Origin: Stylophora pistillata
Lineage: Eukaryota
Length of the DNA stretch: 64,000 bases
Assembly (NCBI RefSeq): GCF_002571385.2
Contig: NW_019218011.1
Coordinates: forward strand, 10,299 to 74,298
Direction of reading: 5' to 3'
This document shows, one piece after another, positions 1-11,319 of the stretch (position 1 is the stretch's first letter; each line of letters starts with the position of its first letter). Made by a program: the position numbers and the translations under genes. The notes under the pieces are model-generated. The model saw only the letters and a program-made list of their open reading frames with translations, was not told the origin of the DNA and did no database searches.

Positions 1-89
1 AAATAATGATGAAAATTAAAATATGGTAATAATAAATATAAATATTAAACAATAAATACACTAAGAGAAAGAACTAATCCATGAACTAT

Positions 90-260
90 GACTTTAAAAG
101 AATCTACACTTGTTGCCTAGGGAATGAAAAGGTGAAGAGAGTTCCATGTTCCCACAACTCTATGAAAATGACTATATTTAAGAACATTCTTTCATGCATG
201 TTTCATCTTTGATATTTATGTGGGTCACAAAAAAAAGAATTATTTAGAGGGAATTAATTG
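90..260 (-). mobile_element. Degenerate 3' end of a non-LTR (CR1/L2-like) retrotransposon ORF2
   Basis: Minus strand reads ...LKYSHFHRVVGTWNSL...ATSVDSFK, resembling the typical RT C-terminal tail; contains stops. Confidence 0.4.
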
Positions 261-364
261 TTATTACTTTTGATTACACATAAATGCAGTTACCGGTATT
301 TTTGTTCTTTAAAAAGGAATAACACTGACCTTGGAAAGTACAGGCAAAGGTATGCAGTCATGTA

Positions 365-720
365 ATGTCTATATTGAATGTCCTGAGCCAGGCCCGACCT
401 GGTGATTTTTGAGCTGTTTGGATAATCAGCAACTTGTATTCTGTTAAGTCTGGCCAGCTGTGGGGATGGCAGGTACACATTTGAAAGATAGTTAAGGCCT
501 CCGTCCAGGTAAGGATGTCTTCAACTTCAACCAGTCTCTTTTTTGAGACCAGAAGCTTGCCATCCAGAAATGTGTGGGGCTCCTGGTTGACTGCTTTCAG
601 ATTCATCAACAAGATGTCAGCCAGTTCAACAAACTCACCATTCGTTATCCTTTTTTACCAATTTTTCCGGAACAGGCGTAGGACCTAGGCCTACCACAAA
701 AGCTTTTTTGCCTGACGAGG
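365..720 (-). mobile_element. DIRS/Ngaro-like (tyrosine-recombinase retrotransposon) gag remnant
   Basis: AFVVGLGPTPVPEKLVK..ITNGEFVELADIL..VEVEDILTWTEALTIF..WPDLTEYKLLIIQTA..AWL resembles DIRS-type gag; frameshifted. Confidence 0.5.
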
Positions 721-859
721 CCAAACTTTTGCTTCCTGAAGGCCAGCTAGAAACGTGTGATGACATAACTGGGGCTGTGATTGACAGAGATCAGGACAGA
801 TAGAATTATGGCTAGCATACCGCATGCTTCTGTCATGTTGTGTATTGTTAATTGTTAAA

Positions 860-1324
860 TGATCATTGAGATAGTTTGGAAGAGAGCCATCTACACACTA
901 ATAAAAAATAGCACATTTGTTAATTTTACTCTGTTCATAAAAAGTTATCCATCCCAGCTTATTAAAGAATGTCACAGAGGGTACTAGGTGGCCTGCATCT
1001 AAAATGATTCCAGCTGCAGGCTTCTGTAATTTCAAGACCCTGAAAACTGATTCCTTGTCACATGATGACCAAGTGAGGGCAGTGTAGCTCATTACTGTGC
1101 AAATAATGGCATTATAGAACAAGAATTGCTGACTAAGTGAAAGAAAGACTCTGATTTTACTCAAAACACCTATGTGTGAGGTAAGCTTATTGCAAAGATT
1201 TTCAACATGACATTCAAATGAAAGTGAACTATCAATTGTTACACCTAAAAGTGTTGCACTTTTAACGTTTACGAGCCTATTGTTTTCAACTGTGACAACA
1301 AGTTCTTGTAATATCAGTGTCTTA
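860..1324 (-). mobile_element. LINE (CR1/L2 group) reverse transcriptase C-terminal fragment
   Basis: ORF 898-1335: LLGVTIDSSLSFECHVENLCNKL...FYNAII...W...LQK.A..IIL, the standard post-thumb RT motifs; cut at the n at 1325. Confidence 0.8.
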
Positions 1325-1334
1325 NTTGTGAACA

Positions 1335-1730
1335 TGGAAGTTTTGCGCGAAGTTCCTTCAGAAAAATATCAAGACAATTGTACAAATGTACCGTAAGGAC
1401 CACTTGCGCACGACCAGGTGTATCCACAGTCTTATGGTGGAGAACTTGTACGACATAGCAGCCTTCTTCCAATTTTTCCCGCTAAAATTCCTTCACAGTC
1501 ATGAAAGCAACTACCCCAGCTCTATTCGCGTTGTCTATCACAATCTGAGCTATTAGGTAGTCTCTGACAAGTGTGTACATCGCTTGTGTTATTTCCATTG
1601 AGTGCGCTCCAGACAGTTTTCCTAAAGGGATAACTGCATCGCGGGTAGCCCGACTCTGCTCGAATTCCTTCACTTTGTTTTCACGGCCAGTATTTTCCAC
1701 GTCTTGATTTTGTGAGGTGTTTGTGGTTGC
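1335..1730 (-). mobile_element. Tyrosine recombinase (Crypton/phage-integrase-like) fragment, pseudogenised
   Basis: RDYLIAQIVIDNANRAGVVAFMTVKEF* continues as ..YVVQVLHHKT..PGRAQVVLT..LY; box-I Arg and HKT lysine pattern; one in-frame stop. Confidence 0.5.
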
Positions 1731-1732
1731 AA

Positions 1733-3850
1733 GAAAAAGCGCTTGTCGTCGAAACTGAAATTGGCGACAGAGAGGGAGAAGCAGATTGTTATGAAAAACT
1801 AGGCGAAGTGTTTGAGTCTCTCGAGCAATATAACAGGGCTAAAGAATATCTCGTAAAAGCACTTGTCATCAGAACTGAAATTGGCGACAGAAAAGGAGAG
1901 GCGGCCAACTACGGAAACCTAGGTAATCTGTTTCAGTCGCTTGGGAAATACCACGAGGCTAAAGAGTATTACGAAAAAGCTCTTGTCATCACAACTGAAA
2001 TTAGCGACAGAAAAGGAGAGGCATCCATCTGCAGAAACCTTGGTACTGTGTTTCAGTCGCTCGGGCAATACAACAAGGTTAAAGAGTATCACGAAAAAGC
2101 TCTTGTCATCAAAACTGAAATTGGCGACAGAAAAGGAGAGGCAGCCGGTTACAGAAACCTAGGTACTGTGTTTCACTCCCTCAAGCAATACGACAAGGCT
2201 AGGGAGTTTCACGATAAAGCTCTAGTCATCAGAAATGAAATTAGCGACAGAAAAGGAGAAGCATCCGACTACGGAAACCTAGGAACTGTGTTTCAGTCGC
2301 TCGGGCAATACGACAAGGCTAGAGAGTATCACGAAAAAGCTCTTGTCATCACATCTGAAATTAGCGACAGAAAAGGAGGGGCAGCTAGCTACATAAACCT
2401 AGGCACTGTGTTTCACTCGCTTAAGCAATACGACAAGGCTAAAGAGTATCTCGAAAAAGGACTTGTCATCACAACTGAAATTGGCGACAGAAAAGGAGAG
2501 GCAGCCAGCTACGGAAACCTTGGAACTGTGTTTCAATCGCTTGAGCAATACGACAAGGCCAAAGAGTATTACGAAAAAGCTCTTGTCATCAGAACTGAAA
2601 TTGGCGACAGAATAGAAGAAGCATCCGACTACGGAAACCTAGGTACTCTGTTTCACTCACTCGAGAAATACGACAAGGCAAAAGAGTATTACGAAAAAGC
2701 TCTTGTCGTCACAACTGAAATTGGCGAAAGAGAAAGAGAGGCTGTTGATCTCGGAAACCTTGGTACTCTTCTTCTGTCTCTTGGGCAATACGACATGGCT
2801 AAAGAGCATCACGAAAAAGCTCTTGTCATCAGAACTGAAATTGATGACAGGAAAGGGAAGGCAGTCAGCTACGGAAACTTAGGTTCTCTGTTTTAGTTGC
2901 TCGGGAAATATCTCAACAAAGCGCTTGTCATTAGTAGTGAAATTGGTCATAAGGAGGGGGAAGCAGCAAATCTTGCAAAACTTGGATTTTTCTTTACAAA
3001 TCTCGGAGATTATGAAACTTCGGAAGTATGCTTGGAGAGAGCATTGTCCATATTCAGGGATATTGGAAATAGAAGAAAAGAGTTCGAGGTTTTTCAAGCC
3101 TACATTCTTTTGTATTTATCTCAAAATAAAATCAAAGATTCTCTTTCGTGCCTTCATCTATGCATTGAAAAGACTCTCGTTCAGGCTGGGTTGCCCAAAG
3201 ATTTGTCTTTGAATAACGTTTTGGCTGATAATTTCTGGAGTCTTGGTACTTTTCCCATCGAAGAGTGTGAAGATCGGTCTTTAAATATGGTTGAATCGCA
3301 ATCTCTTTCCCCTGAACAAAAGAGCTCAGCAAGATTCCGACTCGTGGAGGAGGACGAGGAAGTCATCTCAAGTCTATCGTTGTGTTGCAATTTTTTTATT
3401 TCCCCACTTTATGATTTGTTTGAGGAGCCTGAAGTCATTATTGTTCCTGACCGCAGTTTCTACAAAGTTCCCTTTGCTGCCATGAGTGAAAAGGAGGGTG
3501 CCGAATACTTCTCGGAGACGCATAGGATCCGGATCATTCCTTCTTTGACGACACTCAAGATCATTCAAGACAGTCCGGAGGACTATCATAGCAACACTGG
3601 TGCGTTGATAATATGCAATCTCAGGGTTGATTGGCTTCCGCCGTTGCCAGGTGCAGGAAAGGAAGCGGAAATGGTTGAACGACTGGTGGGCGTTCCACCC
3701 TTGGTAGAAGAGGAAGCAACCAAGCAGATCGTGCAGTTCGGTGAGCCTGATACATTTTGCTGCCCATGGTAACGCCGAAAGAGGAGAAATTGCCCTCTCC
3801 CCCATTCCTACTCTCATCAGTCGAAACGCTATCCCATCACAGGAAGCTTA
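1733..3850 (+). pseudogene. TPR-CHAT (TTC28-like) pseudogene, copy 1
   Basis: About 12 120-bp TPR units; TAG at 2894-2896; ~370-bp deletion near 3170 relative to copy 2; frameshift near 3728 just before HFAAHG; ends at ~3850 before the catalytic Cys; 5' end missing. Confidence 0.9.
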
Positions 3851-3856
3851 AATATA

Positions 3857-3941
3857 TACCATAATCTACAAATATGGTAAGCGTACGCGTCAGCTTGAAA
3901 TTAAAAAGGGAGCTAAAAATTTGTCTGATATAAAGATTTGC

Positions 3942-3982
<41 letters not shown>

Positions 3983-4008
3983 TCGCGCTTGTTAGATATG
4001 AGATGATT

Positions 4009-4041
<33 letters not shown>

Positions 4042-4087
4042 ATCCATCATCTCATATCCAACCTGCGCTCGTGGAATAATTGTTAAA
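3857..4087 (+). repeat. Left copy of a ~200-bp inverted arm containing a long internal hairpin
   Basis: taccataatctac..atatggtaagcgtacgcgtcag ... gatatgagatg..tagccaac-tcggcgctacgcgcctc-gttggcta..catctcatatc; reverse complement at 6652-6850. Confidence 0.85.
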
Positions 4088-5009
4088 TAGTGAGTTTAAG
4101 ATCCGAAAATGTTCGAAGCGCCGCGGCCGAAGGCACATAACTGCGCATGCGCCAGTCGTAGCATGACGACGTCGGCTGACGGCGAGGCGGGAAGATCTGC
4201 CATTTAGAAGGCGTCTTGCAGGATGGAGGCATCGAAGGAGTATGTACGCATTTTAAAGATGCCTTCGTTGTTTGTAAACCAGCAGTCAATGACCGCACTG
4301 TTCCGAAAACAAGACAAATGTATTTCTTAGAATATTTCATTCTTTTCTGAGTCAACTTAATTTTCAGTTGTATCTTTTTCTAATCCGTTTCTACTCTGAA
4401 TCAAATTGGCTAAATTCCAAGGCTAAATTTAGTCTCATGATTGTTGTGTGTAGTTATTGTGTTACTCTTGGAGCCCTTCGGAAATCAGGGCTCAGTCTCG
4501 AAAATAATTTTCTGCTCACGTTAAATTACGAAGGGATCCAGGCAAATCGGTCAACAAAACCAGTCATACTAAAAAATAGCAAGAGCGAAAAAAAGAGTTC
4601 TGACATTTGTAACCTTAAAGGTTTTTTGCTCTCGAAATTAAAGGGCTGTTTGTTGAATTATCAAACTATAAATCTTTCCTTTGACTGCTTTAATGAAATT
4701 GTCATTCTTTAAATCATCTGTTCTCTGAAATGAAGTCTTGAATTGATTTCGACTAGCCGTCTCTTAGCCATGTTGATGATCTTAAGTTTAAAATTTTAAT
4801 GTAAGAGTTTTGAGCGAATGTAAGTTATTTGTTTAGCAACATACCATTAATGAATATTTTTTGCAGCTCACTCAAATTTTTTAGTTGGAAGATATTTATA
4901 GAAAAGTGAAGTCGCATGTAACAATGGAAACAACAAATCTATTTATATTGTTTCTGTAACTTTTTCCTCACAGTATATTTGCCCTTACCGGCAGTGTTAA
5001 AAGGCCAAT

Positions 5010-5700
5010 GGTGTGGACTGATCAACACAATGATGTTATTGTTTGAACCTTGGAAGTACAAACGAGGAAGTAAAGAGCGAGGTCAAGTTTGGGAGAGAAT
5101 AAGTGAGTCCTTAAATGAGCATGAATCTCCTAGGTTTACTGTGAATCAGAAATCTATACGTGATCACTACATCCTGCTAGAGAAAGAACAGAAGTATAAA
5201 ATAAGAGAAGAAGAAAAGGCCAGTGGGATTGCCCCGCAACATACACCATTTGATGAGTCTATGACAGAAATTATTTAACTATTCAAAGAGAGATGCTGAA
5301 GATCAGCAACTGGATTCAGATAAAAAAGGGGAAAGGCAGAGGAAGAGACCGCAAAAAGGCTTGAATGGAAACATTTTCTCAGAGCAAGAAGAGGAAGGGT
5401 GAACAAGAACAAAAGAAATGCAAGCGTTCCACTGGCACTGAAAATGTCGCTTACTTAAGAGAAAAGGCTGAATTCGATGCCAGCCTGAAAAGAGAGGAGC
5501 TTCAATTAAGCAAGGCTGAGCTTGATGTAAAAAAAAATCCAACAAGAAAATCTCATGATAAAGCAAGAGAGTCTCACGGCAAAGGTGTTATTAGACAGCA
5601 TCAAAAGCCAATAAAAACAGCAGGACCAGCTCCTACAGCAAATGCAAGTGCAGAACACCGCTTTGCTAACTTTACTGCAAGTTGCATTCAAGCCAAAGGA
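5010..5700 (+). pseudogene. Myb/SANT (trihelix-like) DNA-binding ORF2 of a PIF/Harbinger-group (PHIS) transposon
   Basis: FEPWKYKRGSKERGQVWERISESLN...F.VNQKSIRDHY.LL...EEKASG followed by an acidic/coiled-coil region; stops and frameshifts. Confidence 0.7.
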
Positions 5701-5959
5701 TGCTTAGAGGCACTTTTGACTTTTAAATTATTTTGAAACTGAGCATTCATTATTTCCATTTTTTATGAGCATTAGTAGGGTTTTGCTTGTTGAGACTGCC
5801 ATAACTTTGCAGAATGCAGAAATTTTAAGTATGTTATGAAAGTGTGATCCTTATTATACCATAGTCACATTGTAAATTTTGTAGAAAAAGGGATAATTTG
5901 TGTGAAGTAGACATTTCAAAAGACCAAACATTCTATTTTTATATAATGCAAGCTCTTTA

Positions 5960-6027
5960 ATATATCCAAATTATTTCGTTACCCCCACCGACGCAGCCCC
6001 AAACAGTTTCTTTCGAAACTATCAGCC
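5960..6027 (+). repeat. Penelope pseudo-LTR 3' tail fragment
   Basis: atatccaaattatttcgttacccccaccgacgcagccccaaacagtttc...gaaactatcagcctt, nearly identical to the tail at 18957-19024 of the Penelope element. Confidence 0.7.
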
Positions 6028-6049
6028 TTTGCTCATTCGTATATGGACC

Positions 6050-6442
6050 ATCCATAACCAAATTACTTGTAATACAAAGTTGAGGCACAGACCTAGCAAA
6101 CCTTGGAATCATGTCAAGATAGCGGCAAGGGTAAGCAAATCGTTTTAAAAAGATGCAGAGACCATCAATGCCATCTACTGTCAAGCCATTATAGCATGTA
6201 AATTCCTCTGGGAGAGTCAAGACTTCTCTTAAGTTATTCACATCATTCTTGTAAAAGCGAAATTCAGCTTGGCATTCATCGTCAGACACCATGTCGAGTT
6301 CAAAAGCTTCGTATCTCCAGTAAGGAAAGTCAGGGCTTTTTGCAGTGTTGATATCGTAAAGCAAAACAATTTCTTCATCATTTATGACACTTGAATCGTA
6401 CGCATAAAGAAGGGAGATCCTGTTCTCCCTTAACTTTGGCAT
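6050..6442 (-). mobile_element. N-terminal half of a Harbinger/PHIS-type (DDE_Tnp_4) transposase, truncated
   Basis: DDECQAEFRFYKND...L.....LP...GLCIFLKRFAYPCRYLDM.PRFARS; convergent with the Myb ORF, as in two-gene Harbinger-group elements. Confidence 0.75.
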
Positions 6443-6651
6443 AATTTCTTATTACAAAAGAAAAAAAGGCTAAGAACCTTTCCGCGTACTGTGCTTGCTT
6501 GTATGGCTGCGATGTTTGGTGAGCTGATCTCAAACTGGCGCTATGTAAAATTTTCCCGCCAATAGGATTCACCGCGTCGTCGTGATCTGAATCGAACGTA
6601 AACTATTTTACATACAAGCCGTCAGGCCCGACGCGACCAGCAAGACAGACC

Positions 6652-6705
6652 GTTGGATATGAGATGATAGCTAGCCAACGAGGGCGTAGCGCCGAGTGGG
6701 CTATA

Positions 6706-6742
<37 letters not shown>

Positions 6743-6850
6743 TTTTATTAAAAACTGAACGTTACTTTAAATTAATAAATTTTATTAAACTTTTAGCTCC
6801 CTTTTAATTTTAATCTGACGCGTACGCTTACCATATCGTAGATTATGGTA
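6652..6850 (-). repeat. Right copy of the ~200-bp inverted arm
   Basis: Reverse complement aligns with 3857-4062. Confidence 0.85.
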
Positions 6851-6920
6851 AGGGCTGATAGTTTCGAAAGAAACTGTTTGGGGCTGCGTCGGTGGGAGTA
6901 ACGAAATAATTTGGATATAT
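6850..6920 (-). repeat. Penelope pseudo-LTR 3' tail fragment, inverted
   Basis: Reverse complement of the 5960-6027 sequence. Confidence 0.7.
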
Positions 6921-8279
6921 TTGTCGGTGTTATGGCTATTAGGTCGAGTTATAACGATTAAGATGTTTCTATATTTTTTCTTTCTTCTTATTTAATTTCT
7001 AAGGGAAATATTTCACTGTCAGATGATATGTGGCTGACACTTTCGGTGAAAAAAGGCGTGCATTAGTCGCCCATTGCCCCTCTCCCCACCCAACTGAAAC
7101 TCTCTTTGTATCGCACCAAATTCCTACAGTAGACAAAGAAATGTGAGGTGTGATCACGATACTGAAAAGGCTACCGTGCTAGCCACCATAGTTTACTTCC
7201 CCACCGACGCAGCACCGCAATTTCTTTAGAAACTTACCCCTTTAAAACTTAACAAATCAACAGTGATTGAGTGTGGTCTATTACTCTTATCGACAACGAT
7301 ATTCGTGATCTCAGTTGACAAAATGTTTTTTACTCACGAGGTACAGCTCATAGTGGTGATCGTGATTTGCGCTCAGAATTATTTTGTGAATGAGATATGC
7401 TTGTAAATGTTGGTAACTTCTTTGAAGGAGAGTCTTTCATACGGAATTTATGAGTGGAACACTCTACACCTTTTTTTAATTTTTTGATACTAAGGACTCT
7501 TTATAATATTGATAGGAAAGCTGGAACCATTCAGAAACACTGCATTACTCTCGACGTTGCCAGGGGAGGGGAGAGGGGTCATAAGCTTAAGTGCGGTGAA
7601 CTCGCTCGTGGCTACTCGCGAACTACTACAACGATAGAATTCTCGAAAGTTATGCAAAACACGCTTCCGGCGAGCGAGGATTTGCAAAACTCTCGAGAAT
7701 TCTCCCAATCTCCCGAGTGTTTAGATGAGATTATGTAAACACGGAAAAAGTTTTCTGTTGTTGTTTTTTAATAGTTTTACCCAATAACACAATAAATGAA
7801 GGAAACTGTTGTTTATTTACATCTTGATTTATATAGAGTTTCTTAATACATGCTCTAGACGATAGTATTTCCTACTAGCCAATCAATAGTATTTCCTACT
7901 AGCCAATCAAATCGTGCATCTGTAATATATAAACCGATCAAATTTTCTTTTTAAAATGAAAATAAGTTGAAATTTATGGCAAGCGCCAGTTCCGTGTAAA
8001 CAAAACGATTCGAGCTTTGAATCATTGTTAATTTGTCAGAGAAAAATACAAATATTGAAAATATACGATTCCTAAAAGAAAGAGAAGGAGTTTAACTGAG
8101 CTGTAAATGAATGTCATTCTTTTGTGGTTGATCACTTTTGAAAGTGAGAAGTTGGATGGCTTATCGTGCCTTCTGAGGTAGTTTTGCTGGTCAGTGAGGT
8201 TTTTCTGTCCCACTCTGATAAAGAAAAGTTAAAGGCTATCAACGCCAGTGTGAAAGTAAATTTTTTACGCCAAGAGCTT

Positions 8280-9089
8280 CCCTTAGAAAATTCTATTTTA
8301 ATGAAAAATTTGAAAGCCAAAACACGGCAACCGATCGGCTGTGCGATGTTTTTCTTGAGACAAATAAAGATTGTAGTGCAGAGTTTGGTGTACGTTTTCG
8401 AGAATATTTTGCTAAAATGTCTTATAGAGAATGTTTAATAATTGCAGTGCTTAAAAGTGAAAATGACCTTGAAAAAAACGCACTGCGCATTTTGTTGCAT
8501 ATTTTGTCGTCTTTCCTATAACTCACTCGGCGAGGCTGTGCTGGTGACGATCATCAAGGCTGGCAAAGGTTTGAGTTTGAAATATTTTCAAACTGTGGCG
8601 GCAAACACAAAGTGTGACGTCACAACTGACTGGGTTTACATGTTCTCGTCTAAACTGACCATTTGACCAGTGAGGGCGTGCAAACTGTCTCAATTCTTTT
8701 AAACCGTCAGTATTTTTGTCTTCGATCATGCAAATCGTACCCTCTAGAAAATGAAAAATTCACGAAGACGAGGAATTAATTATCGTACAAAGATAACATA
8801 CCGTTTAAAGAAAGAAGCTTCAGCTATAAGGTGATCGACCTTGTGACGAAAATCCAACCGTTCCGGAGGGATGAACAATGAGGCCTGATGTTCTTTGATC
8901 AAAAAGAAATATTATCTCTCATCTTTGCTTGCTCACATCCATCCCGGTTAGCTCAATTGGCTAGAGCGCCGGTTTGTGTTGTGCGGGAGGTCGAGGGTTC
9001 GAGCCCTGGCTGGACCAATACTCATGGTCTTAAAATAAGCGATGAGAATTTGCTACCTTTCTATAAGCAAGAAATGAATAGATATTCTA
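8280..9089 (+). repeat. ~810-bp block identical to 13721-14530 (probable unmerged contig overlap)
   Basis: No differences seen; this copy ends at n9090 and the other starts right after n13720. Confidence 0.85.
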
Positions 9090-9619
9090 NTTGCTTTTGC
9101 CTTTTCCGCGAGGGTCCGGTCGCTTCCTCTTCGCCTTCATTTCATCTTGCAAACGGTTCCACGTTTGTTGTCGTCTATTCATCTCGATAAAAGGACTTTT
9201 TACTGTAGTTTGAACGAGAAAAGTGCAAGCCACAACCCACACGTGCACGAGTTACCAATCAGGAAATGCGAGCAGCCCTTCTGAAAGTAGTCCACTGACC
9301 TTACGTGTCGCAGGCTATGATAACAATGGGCTGCTTTCGAACATTTCATTTTGGAAACAAATATCGTGATGTTCCTTTCGGCCCAGCGTTATCATAGTAA
9401 ACTTAAAATTATTTTGCATTTGTACTAAAGGTTTTTATCTTATTTATTTTTTAAATTATTTTTCACTTTAATTTTAACTTTTATGTATTTTTTAATTTTT
9501 AATCTTCCTTTACTTTTTTTTATTGAATTTCTTCAGTAGCTCCTGTTTTCTTTAATGTTTTATTTTAAATTCAATTTTTTTTTGGATTGCTTTTACTTTT
9601 ATTTTTTTTTAATTTTAAG

Positions 9620-10060
9620 TGTCTTCAGTGTGTTTCTACTAGGGCTTAGTTCTTTAATTTCTTGTGATCTGCGCTTGAGAGCCTTGAATTGGTATTCGTC
9701 CATCACATTTGCGCTTGCTCTACTATCTCGTTCAACAAAGGCATCGATGTCTCCAATGCGGATAAGGTACAGTGTCTTGATCTGGATCTGTTCTTATCTT
9801 CTTCACTTGGTGTAGGTGTTGTGCTGTCTCCTGAAGGTATATATAATCGGCATCTGAGTCACTGCTTGTCTCCTCAGTCTTTTTTATTTTCTTGATTCGC
9901 CCTCTCTTGGTCTCTTTATATCTCTCTTGGTTTTGGGTACTAGCTCTGCAACATGATGCATAATGATTGTACTTCCCACACTTTTGAGACCTTGAAATCT
10001 TCTCTCATGTCTTTCACCTCTTGGTTGATGTGTTCTCTTTGGCTTACTTCCTCAAGGAAT
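9620..10060 (-). mobile_element. Gypsy LTR retrotransposon gag zinc knuckle and aspartic protease remnant
   Basis: Minus strand reads KCGKYNHYASCC (CCHC-like), then IRIGDIDAFVERDSRASANVMDE (decayed DSG protease motif). Confidence 0.6.
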
Positions 10061-10242
10061 AGCTCTTATCGGAGATGTACACGCCACTCCGACAATCTAG
10101 CGGTATTCCGATGACTGTAGGATCAAATCGAGGCTATCGGGTCGAGCTTCAGAGTGAATCGAAATTTGCTATAAATCTTGGAGGTTTAGAACGTTTTCGC
10201 TTATATCTTCATCACTTAAAGTATTTTCTTGCTTTTCCAACC

Positions 10243-10990
10243 ATGGTCAAACATTGTATAGCTTTTGGATGTACGAATAGGAGTTGAAAACATGAATGCA
10301 AGGAATTATCTTGGCATTCGCCACCTTTGTTAGACAATAGGTTGCTTGCTGAATGGCTCGTCAAGATCCGCAGAGAGAACTGTCCAGTAACCAAAAATTC
10401 TTACGTTTGTAGCCAGCATTTTGAGCCAGCTTGCTTTATCAGGCCACTTGGTGGACAGAGAATTCGTCTGAAGCCGGGATCTGTGCCATCAAGGTTCACG
10501 TTTTCAGTTAAAAAGTCAGATAGAAAGAAGCCTTGTTACCGAGGAAAGCAAACAAGACTGCGACGACTGCAGCAAAATCCCTCTCGAAGTTTTTTAACTC
10601 GACCCTCCAAAATAATGAAGCTAGTCCTGTTGTAGAGAGTGGGGAGACTGGAAATGTTTTTGTAAGCGGAGAATTTGTCTAAAATGAAAATGACAAGCTG
10701 GCACGAGAACTTAGGTCAAAGGACGAGAAACTCTCAAACGCAACGAAGGAATGGCAAGAAAAAGAGTTAGAACTGACAAATACTGACAAATAAAACCAAG
10801 GAGCTAGAGAGACAGCCGGAGTTGGGGAGAAATGTAAGGAAGGAGCTGAAAATGCTAAATTCTCAAAAAACATTTAGTATTGAAACTGTAAAGAGCAATG
10901 ACAAACTGGTCAAATTTTACGCTGGTTTTGAGAACTACCAGATGTTTCTTTGGTTCTTGATTTTCTGGGGAGAGAAACATTTGTGCCATG
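10243..10990 (+). mobile_element. ISL2EU-type transposase remnant (THAP domain, coiled coil, start of HTH region)
   Basis: MVKHCIAFGCTN..W..WLVKIRR..VCSQHF..LKPGSVP.RF (THAP), then DKLVKFYAGFENY; several stops; DDE part lost. Confidence 0.75.
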
Positions 10991-11319
10991 CTGTCGAACT
11001 TTCTCACACCACTGGTTGGTGGTTGACAATCACTATTACAAAGTGAAAATAAAGTGGAAAGAGTGGAAAAATTCATAGAAAATGTGCAATACTTTGCATA
11101 ACATACTTGATTTTTACCATTGCTTTTAATTTAATTAATTTAATTTATTCAATTTTCACTGCATTAGCTAAATTACATAAGGAAACAATTAAAAAGAAAA
11201 ATACATTAAAATCATGTCTTAAATGTAAAAAAATATAATTGCTAATAAGTCCATGACTGGTTCTCTTGCAAATGTAACGCTTGCGTACTGCTTCACTGAG
11301 AGTTAAACCATTTGGAAAT

